DNA from: Anaerolineales bacterium
Lineage (GTDB): Bacteria; Chloroflexota; Anaerolineae; Anaerolineales; DRKV01
DNA: 64,000 bases
Assembly: GCA_034429745.1 (NCBI GenBank)
Contig: DAOUFY010000014.1
Location: 23,538-87,537, forward strand
Direction: 5' to 3'
Made by a program: the position numbers and the translations under genes. Shown in pieces: positions 59,350 to 64,000 of this stretch (within the stretch, counting starts at the first letter, position 1; every line of letters begins with the position of its first letter). A model generated the notes under the pieces. It was not told where the DNA came from. It saw only the letters and a list, made by a program, of their open reading frames with translations, and did no database searches.

Positions 59350-60126
59350 TTGAGTTCTTTTTCCTCTTCCATCCTCCTCTCTACTGACGCAAGGGTTAAG
59401 TTAATTCTTACCCTTGCGTCTCTTCTAACCATCAGCCTATTGCCAATAAAGGCATGGGGGGCGTATCTGCTGCTGTACGCAGCTTTGCTATCTTTGGAGA
59501 TCCTTTCAAGCAAAGGTTTGAGTTTTTATTTCAAACGTTCTCTAATGGCTTTTCCATTTGCAATCTCTGCAGTCCCGTTGATATTTACTGTTCCTTCGCA
59601 GTTGTGGTACACTATACCATGGTTGAATATATCTATCAGCTGTGCCGGGCTGGAGCGAGTGGCAGGGATTATAATAAAAATTTGGCTCAGCATGCACACC
59701 GCATTGTTGTTGACGAGTATAACGACTAAAGAACAGCTATTGGCTGCCCTGCGCAGTTTTGGGTTGCCACTAGTGTTTGTTGAAATATTAAGTATCATGA
59801 TGAGATATTTATCCATCTTTCAAACAGAAGCCGAAAGCTTGCTGCGAGCGCGTGCCTGTCGTAGTGTTGCCCTGCCCAATAGTGGATTGAAAGCTGGTGG
59901 CAGCGTTTTTTGGAGGGCTGAAGTAAGTGGCCAAATGGTTGGCAATTTAATGCTGCGATCGTTTGAACGTGGTGAACGAGTGTATCAAGCTATGCTGGCG
60001 CGCGGCTATAATGGTATTCCTTTACAAGTTGAAACGCAAAAGGTTACAAACAAAGAAAAAGGGCTGTTGTTGTTTGGATTGGCATCGCTATCCTTTGTGA
60101 TCATTTTTGGTATTCTTATCTACTAA
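59350..60126 (+). CDS. cbiQ: ECF transporter transmembrane (T) component CbiQ
   Basis: 258 aa polytopic protein with the C-terminal ARxxR-type coupling region (LLRARACRS .. MLARGY). TTG start 6 nt after cbiM. Confidence 0.8.
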   Translation: MSSFSSSILLSTDARVKLILTLASLLTISLLPIKAWGAYLLLYAALLSLEILSSKGLSFYFKRSLMAFPFAISAVPLIFTVPSQLWYTIPWLNISISCAGLERVAGIIIKIWLSMHTALLLTSITTKEQLLAALRSFGLPLVFVEILSIMMRYLSIFQTEAESLLRARACRSVALPNSGLKAGGSVFWRAEVSGQMVGNLMLRSFERGERVYQAMLARGYNGIPLQVETQKVTNKEKGLLLFGLASLSFVIIFGILIY

Positions 60127-60132
60127 GGCAAT

Positions 60133-60837
60133 TTGATTCCCGATATCGCTGTTGTTCATTTAAGTTATTCTTATCCTCAAGGCACATTGGCTTTAGATGA
60201 TGTGAGCTTTGAGATTTCGCGCGGTGAAAAAGTAGCCCTCTTGGGTGCAAATGGGGCAGGCAAATCAACGCTGCTGCTTCACCTTAACGGCGTGCTGCCT
60301 AGTGAAGGCAAAGTGATTATTCAAGGAATCAAGCTTACCAAACAAACCGTGAGTGAAATTCGAGCACGGGTCGGAATGGTCTTCCAAGAGGCTGATGATC
60401 AATTGTTTTCCACAACGGTCTTTGATGATGTAGCCTATGGACCGCGTTATATGGGTCTCTCAGAAGAAGAGGTGCGGCTGCGGGTTCTAGAAGCGCTAGA
60501 AAAAGTCGGGTTGGCAGGTTTTGAAAAACGTCACCCCTATCACTTAAGTGTGGGAGAAAAACGCCGCGCTGCACTGGCAACAGTTCTTTCGATGCGTTCA
60601 CCAATTTTGGTAATTGACGAACCTAGCGCGGGCTTAGATCCGCGCGGTAGAAGAGAGCTGATTGAGTTGCTGCAATCCTTACCGCAAACGTTAGTGTTGG
60701 CTACCCACGATCTGGAGCTAGCGAATAAGGTTGCTTCTCGAGCAATTGTGCTTGATCATGGTAAAATTGTCAGTGATGAAGCGTGTTCAGTACTATTCAA
60801 TGACCCCCAACGCTTAAGGCAATTTAGTTTACTGTAA
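60133..60837 (+). CDS. cbiO: ECF transporter ATPase CbiO
   Basis: Walker A GANGAGKSTLL, signature LSVGEKRRAALA, Walker B ILVIDEPSAGLD. Confidence 0.9.
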   Translation: MIPDIAVVHLSYSYPQGTLALDDVSFEISRGEKVALLGANGAGKSTLLLHLNGVLPSEGKVIIQGIKLTKQTVSEIRARVGMVFQEADDQLFSTTVFDDVAYGPRYMGLSEEEVRLRVLEALEKVGLAGFEKRHPYHLSVGEKRRAALATVLSMRSPILVIDEPSAGLDPRGRRELIELLQSLPQTLVLATHDLELANKVASRAIVLDHGKIVSDEACSVLFNDPQRLRQFSLL

Positions 60838-60855
60838 TCGTGCTCGAGAAGGTTT

Positions 60856-61632
60856 ATGCAGCAAGAATATCTCTTACGAATACTAAATGAGGTAAAGAAT
60901 CATACTCTACCTGTAGAAAAAGCAATAGAGCAATTACGCCTTCTGCCTTTTGAGGAGCTTAGAGGAGAAGTACACCTTGATCACCACCGCTCTCTGCGCA
61001 GTGGTTTTCCAGAGGTGGTTTTTGCTCAAGGGAAAACGCCATCACAAATTGTCGAGATATTTCATAAGTTAGCCCAAGCCAATAATCAAGTGCTGGTAAC
61101 TCGGCTTGATGAAAAGGTATATGAGCAGATTCGGGCAGAGCTCTTACCCGAAGCGCGGTATGATCCTAAAAGCCGCACCTTGATCCTGGATAAAGAACCG
61201 CAGCGTCAGCGTTTGGAAGGGATCATTGTCGTTACGGCAGGTACAGCGGACTTGCCTGTAGCAGAAGAAGCTGCGGTTACAGCGGAAATAATGGGCAATC
61301 AAGTTGAACGGATCATAGATGTTGGCGTTTCTGGATTACATCGCTTGCTGAATTATTTGCCTAAACTTCAAGCCGCGCATGTGATCATTGTAGCTGCCGG
61401 GATGGAGGGCGCCTTGCCTAGTGTTGTTGGCGGTTTAGTAGCTGTGCCTGTCATTGCTGTGCCTACCAGTGTTGGTTATGGGGCAAGTTTTGGCGGTGTA
61501 GCTGCTCTGTTAGCCATGCTGAACAGCTGTGCCAATGGTATAGCTGTGATGAATATTGATAATGGGTATGGAGCCGGTGTACTGGCAAGCAGAATAAACC
61601 GCTTGGCTTGGCAGAACCAGCCCTCCAATTAA
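60856..61632 (+). CDS. larB: LarB, nickel-pincer nucleotide cofactor biosynthesis (NaAD carboxylase/hydrolase, PurE-like)
   Basis: 258 aa. N-terminal helical region with LDHHRSLRSGFPEVVFAQGKT, then a PurE-like fold with VVTAGTADLPVAEEA and VAAGMEGALPSVV. Confidence 0.85.
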   Translation: MQQEYLLRILNEVKNHTLPVEKAIEQLRLLPFEELRGEVHLDHHRSLRSGFPEVVFAQGKTPSQIVEIFHKLAQANNQVLVTRLDEKVYEQIRAELLPEARYDPKSRTLILDKEPQRQRLEGIIVVTAGTADLPVAEEAAVTAEIMGNQVERIIDVGVSGLHRLLNYLPKLQAAHVIIVAAGMEGALPSVVGGLVAVPVIAVPTSVGYGASFGGVAALLAMLNSCANGIAVMNIDNGYGAGVLASRINRLAWQNQPSN

Positions 61633-61683
61633 AGTTAAAGAGATCAGCACATTTAATTTCGGTTTTTTCTAAGGAGTAATTCA

Positions 61684-62499
61684 TTGGAGTTGGAACAGCC
61701 TTTAGCAGATAAATGGCAGCGTTTGCTGAACCAGATTGGTGAGTATTCGTCTGCCATCGTAGCTTACTCCGGCGGGGTTGACAGCAGTCTGTTGGCGTAT
61801 GCTGCTCATTTGGTTCTCGGTGAAAATATGCTTGCGGTTACAGCAGACAGTGGTTTTGATTCACAAGCCCAGTTCATACAAGCTGAAGCGTTTGCTGTGC
61901 AGCATGGCATCCCTTGGAAAAAGCTGAGCATTCCATTACTCACCAACGAAACAATTCTTTCAAATCCACCTGAAAGATGTTATTTTTGCAAGCTGACAAT
62001 CCTCACTGCATTGCACGACTACGCGCGTAAGAATAATTTTGCGGTTGTGTTAGAGGGGCAGAATGCCGACGACCTGCTTGTTTATCGGCCGGGCAGGCGG
62101 GCGGTGCAGGAAACGGGGACGTATAGTCCCCTGCTGGAACAGCAGCTGACGAAAGCGGAAATCCGTCAAATAGCCCGTGCTTTAGGTTTGGCGGTGTGGG
62201 AAGCGGAAAGCAGTCCTTGTCTAGCGACGCGTATTCCTTACTATACCCCTATTACGCAGAAAATACTTAGACAAATTGAAGAAGCTGAGGTTTATTTAAA
62301 AAGCAAAGGGTTTACACATGTTCGGGTACGCTATCATCAGCAACTGGCACGTATTGAGGTTGCGCCGCAGGAAATTAATGCACTTACCGCAGCGCGATTG
62401 GATATTTTGCAAAAGTTTCATGAGTTAGGTTTTCAATATATTACAGTAGATTTGGAAGGATACCGTTCCGGAAACATGGATGAAGGAGTATTGCGATGA
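61684..62499 (+). CDS. larE: LarE, ATP-dependent sulfur insertase of the nickel-pincer cofactor pathway (PP-loop ATPase)
   Basis: PP-loop AYSGGVDSS. Conserved SSPCLATRIPY (Cys179). An additional CxxC (C99, C102). Confidence 0.85.
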   Translation: MELEQPLADKWQRLLNQIGEYSSAIVAYSGGVDSSLLAYAAHLVLGENMLAVTADSGFDSQAQFIQAEAFAVQHGIPWKKLSIPLLTNETILSNPPERCYFCKLTILTALHDYARKNNFAVVLEGQNADDLLVYRPGRRAVQETGTYSPLLEQQLTKAEIRQIARALGLAVWEAESSPCLATRIPYYTPITQKILRQIEEAEVYLKSKGFTHVRVRYHQQLARIEVAPQEINALTAARLDILQKFHELGFQYITVDLEGYRSGNMDEGVLR

Positions 62500-63677
62500 C
62501 GATCATGTATTGTGATTGTTATTCCGGCATCAGTGGTGATATGCTGCTGTCAGCTATGTTGGATGCCGGCCTGCCGCTGACTTATTTGGAGGAACACATA
62601 GCTGCCTTAAAATTGAGGGCGTACCGCGGAGTTCAGGTGCAGGATATTCAGAAGGGTGCATTGAAGGCGCTTTCCCTGCAATGGTTGATAGAAGAAGAGC
62701 AGCAGCATCGCCATTTGGGTGATATTGAAGAGATCATACAGTCGAGCTGTCTTCCGGCAGAGGTGAAAGCAGTAAGCCTAACCATTTTTCAGCGTTTAGC
62801 GCAGGCAGAAGCACAGGTGCATGGGACTGACATCCAACATGTACATTTTCACGAAGTAGGGGCACTGGATTCCATATTGGATATTGTTGGAGCAGCTATT
62901 GGCTTGCATTATTTTGGGGTGAAACAACTATATTCCTCAGCATTGCCTTTAGGCAGTGGGACTATAAAAAGCCAACACGGCTTGCTGCCTTTGCCTGCGC
63001 CGGCAGTGATGGTGCTGCTTCAGCAGGCAGGTGCGCCACTTCGCCCCTCGAGTGCCGAAGAAGAATTGGTTACACCAACCGGAGCAGCAATTCTCAGCAG
63101 CTTGGCAGTGTTTGAGCAGCCATCCATGACCCTGCAGCGTTTCGGAATAGGTGCCGGCAAGCGCGACTTTCCTTGGCCCAATGTATTGCGCCTGTTGATT
63201 GGTGAGCCAATAGCTTCATCGCCGGAAACGTTTGTCGAGTTGATCACCAATATTGATGACATGAACCCACAAGCTTATCAGCACATCATGCAGCGCCTGT
63301 TTGATGAGGGTGCGCTGGACGTGTACCTTACCCCCATTATCATGAAAAAAAGCCGACCGGCTACACGCCTAAGCGTAATTGCGAAAAAGCAAGATGAAGC
63401 CCATTTGGCTGATTTGCTGTTGAGAGAAACGACAACCTTCGGCATTCGAGTGATACCGATTTATCACCGTTACGAAGCGTCGCGCGAAGTGCATCTTGTT
63501 GCAACACCTATTGGAGAAGCGCAGGTGAAGTTGAAAAAGGCCGGCAGCAAAATTGTACAAATTGCCCCAGAATATGATGCAGTGGAAAAATTGGCTAAGG
63601 AATCATCCCTAACTTGGGAAGAAGTGTATTGGATGGTAAAAGAAGCCGCCCAAAAATATTTTGGAATAGAAAAATAG
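62496..63677 (+). CDS. larC: LarC, nickel insertase (cyclometallase) of the nickel-pincer cofactor pathway
   Basis: N-terminal CYSGISGDMLLSAMLDAGL and HFHEVGALDSILDIVG motifs of the UPF0272/LarC family. Single uninterrupted 393-aa ORF. ATGA overlap with larE. Confidence 0.85.
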   Translation: MTIMYCDCYSGISGDMLLSAMLDAGLPLTYLEEHIAALKLRAYRGVQVQDIQKGALKALSLQWLIEEEQQHRHLGDIEEIIQSSCLPAEVKAVSLTIFQRLAQAEAQVHGTDIQHVHFHEVGALDSILDIVGAAIGLHYFGVKQLYSSALPLGSGTIKSQHGLLPLPAPAVMVLLQQAGAPLRPSSAEEELVTPTGAAILSSLAVFEQPSMTLQRFGIGAGKRDFPWPNVLRLLIGEPIASSPETFVELITNIDDMNPQAYQHIMQRLFDEGALDVYLTPIIMKKSRPATRLSVIAKKQDEAHLADLLLRETTTFGIRVIPIYHRYEASREVHLVATPIGEAQVKLKKAGSKIVQIAPEYDAVEKLAKESSLTWEEVYWMVKEAAQKYFGIEK

Positions 63678-63752
63678 AATAAGCTACTCGTTAATACAAG
63701 GGCTTAAAAGTTTCACTACCTTTTGCCTTAAATGTTAGAAGAGAAGCAATAA

Positions 63753-63786
63753 AAAATCCCTTCCTCCACCTAGAGGAAGGGATTTT
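63753..63786. terminator. Bidirectional rho-independent terminator between larC and the convergent gene
   Basis: Perfect 14-bp stem AAAATCCCTTCCTC (63753-63766) / GAGGAAGGGATTTT (63773-63786) with a 6-nt loop. A-tract on one side and T-tract on the other. Confidence 0.75.
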
Positions 63787-63802
63787 GATACTGTCTTGTT
63801 TC

Positions 63803-64000
63803 CTAGCGGAACTGCCAATAGGCGGCTTCGCTCACTTTGATGGTGAGATTCTCGGTTTGGTTAGGTCCAATCATCAAGCCGAATTGCCCCCATTTGAACC
63901 AATCGGCTTTATATTCGCCTAAGAAATAGCCGTTGACGTACAACCGCAATTTGTTGCCGATTGCCATAACACCTAGCCGATTGGTTTGGTAAGTTCCCAT
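63803..64000 (-). CDS. 3' end of a gene that continues beyond the window; hypothetical, C-terminal beta-sandwich-like module
   Basis: ORF is open to the window edge. Its tail (NKLRLYVNGYFLGEY..GQFGLMIG..TIKVSEAAYWQFR) follows the same pattern as the ends of the kinase ectodomain repeats. Confidence 0.5.
   Translation of the reverse strand: MGTYQTNRLGVMAIGNKLRLYVNGYFLGEYKADWFKWGQFGLMIGPNQTENLTIKVSEAAYWQFR

Noticed and set aside
1-64000. Mobile element, prophage or defence island signatures
   Set aside because: I recognised no integrase, transposase, recombinase, tRNA attachment site, reverse transcriptase, restriction-modification, toxin-antitoxin or Cas-like ORF in any frame. Gene density and composition look uniformly chromosomal.

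Overview
This is a 64-kb chromosomal segment with mid-range GC. Gene content suggests a Chloroflexota/Anaerolineae-like organism (split methylmalonyl-CoA mutase, a CSLREA-domain beta-helix protein, giant multi-PAS kinases, GC-rich hairpin intergenic repeats). That assignment is inference only. I found no rRNA, tRNA, CRISPR array, transposase or integrase. Almost all of the window is coding. From left to right: (1) the tail of a sugar ABC importer plus an FGGY kinase. (2) A tightly coupled split methylmalonyl-CoA mutase operon (large subunit, B12 subunit, MeaB, epimerase) with two unknown trailing ORFs. (3) A histidine ammonia-lyase whose MIO triad is Ala-Cys-Gly instead of Ala-Ser-Gly, convergent with a formimino-THF cyclodeaminase. 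(4) A ~26-kb sensory island. It holds REC-GAF-GGDEF, two divergent MCPs, REC-GAF-HD-GYP, two paralogous histidine kinase -> single-domain REC modules (one kinase has two PocR domains and four tandem PAS copies), and a hybrid kinase. (5) A GT-C glycosyltransferase, an orphan PstS-like lipoprotein and a DeoR regulator. (6) A Ser/Thr phospho-signalling island. It holds a membrane kinase with a four-fold repeated unassigned ectodomain, a PP2C phosphatase, a triple-FHA ABCG-like transporter, a vWA-TM-FHA protein and a secreted CSLREA beta-helix protein. (7) An acyl-CoA dehydrogenase. (8) An envelope block with an S8 protease carrying eight Cys-pair repeats plus LysM, and a micro-ORF/MBOAT/SGNH acylation module. 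(9) A Fur-family regulator divergent from a Ni/Co ECF transporter that forms one operon with larB-larE-larC; no larA is in the window. Two intergenic arrays of a ~95-bp GC-rich hairpin repeat family lie at 9.1 kb and 13.2-13.6 kb. All functional calls rest on motifs read from the supplied translations. No database search was possible.
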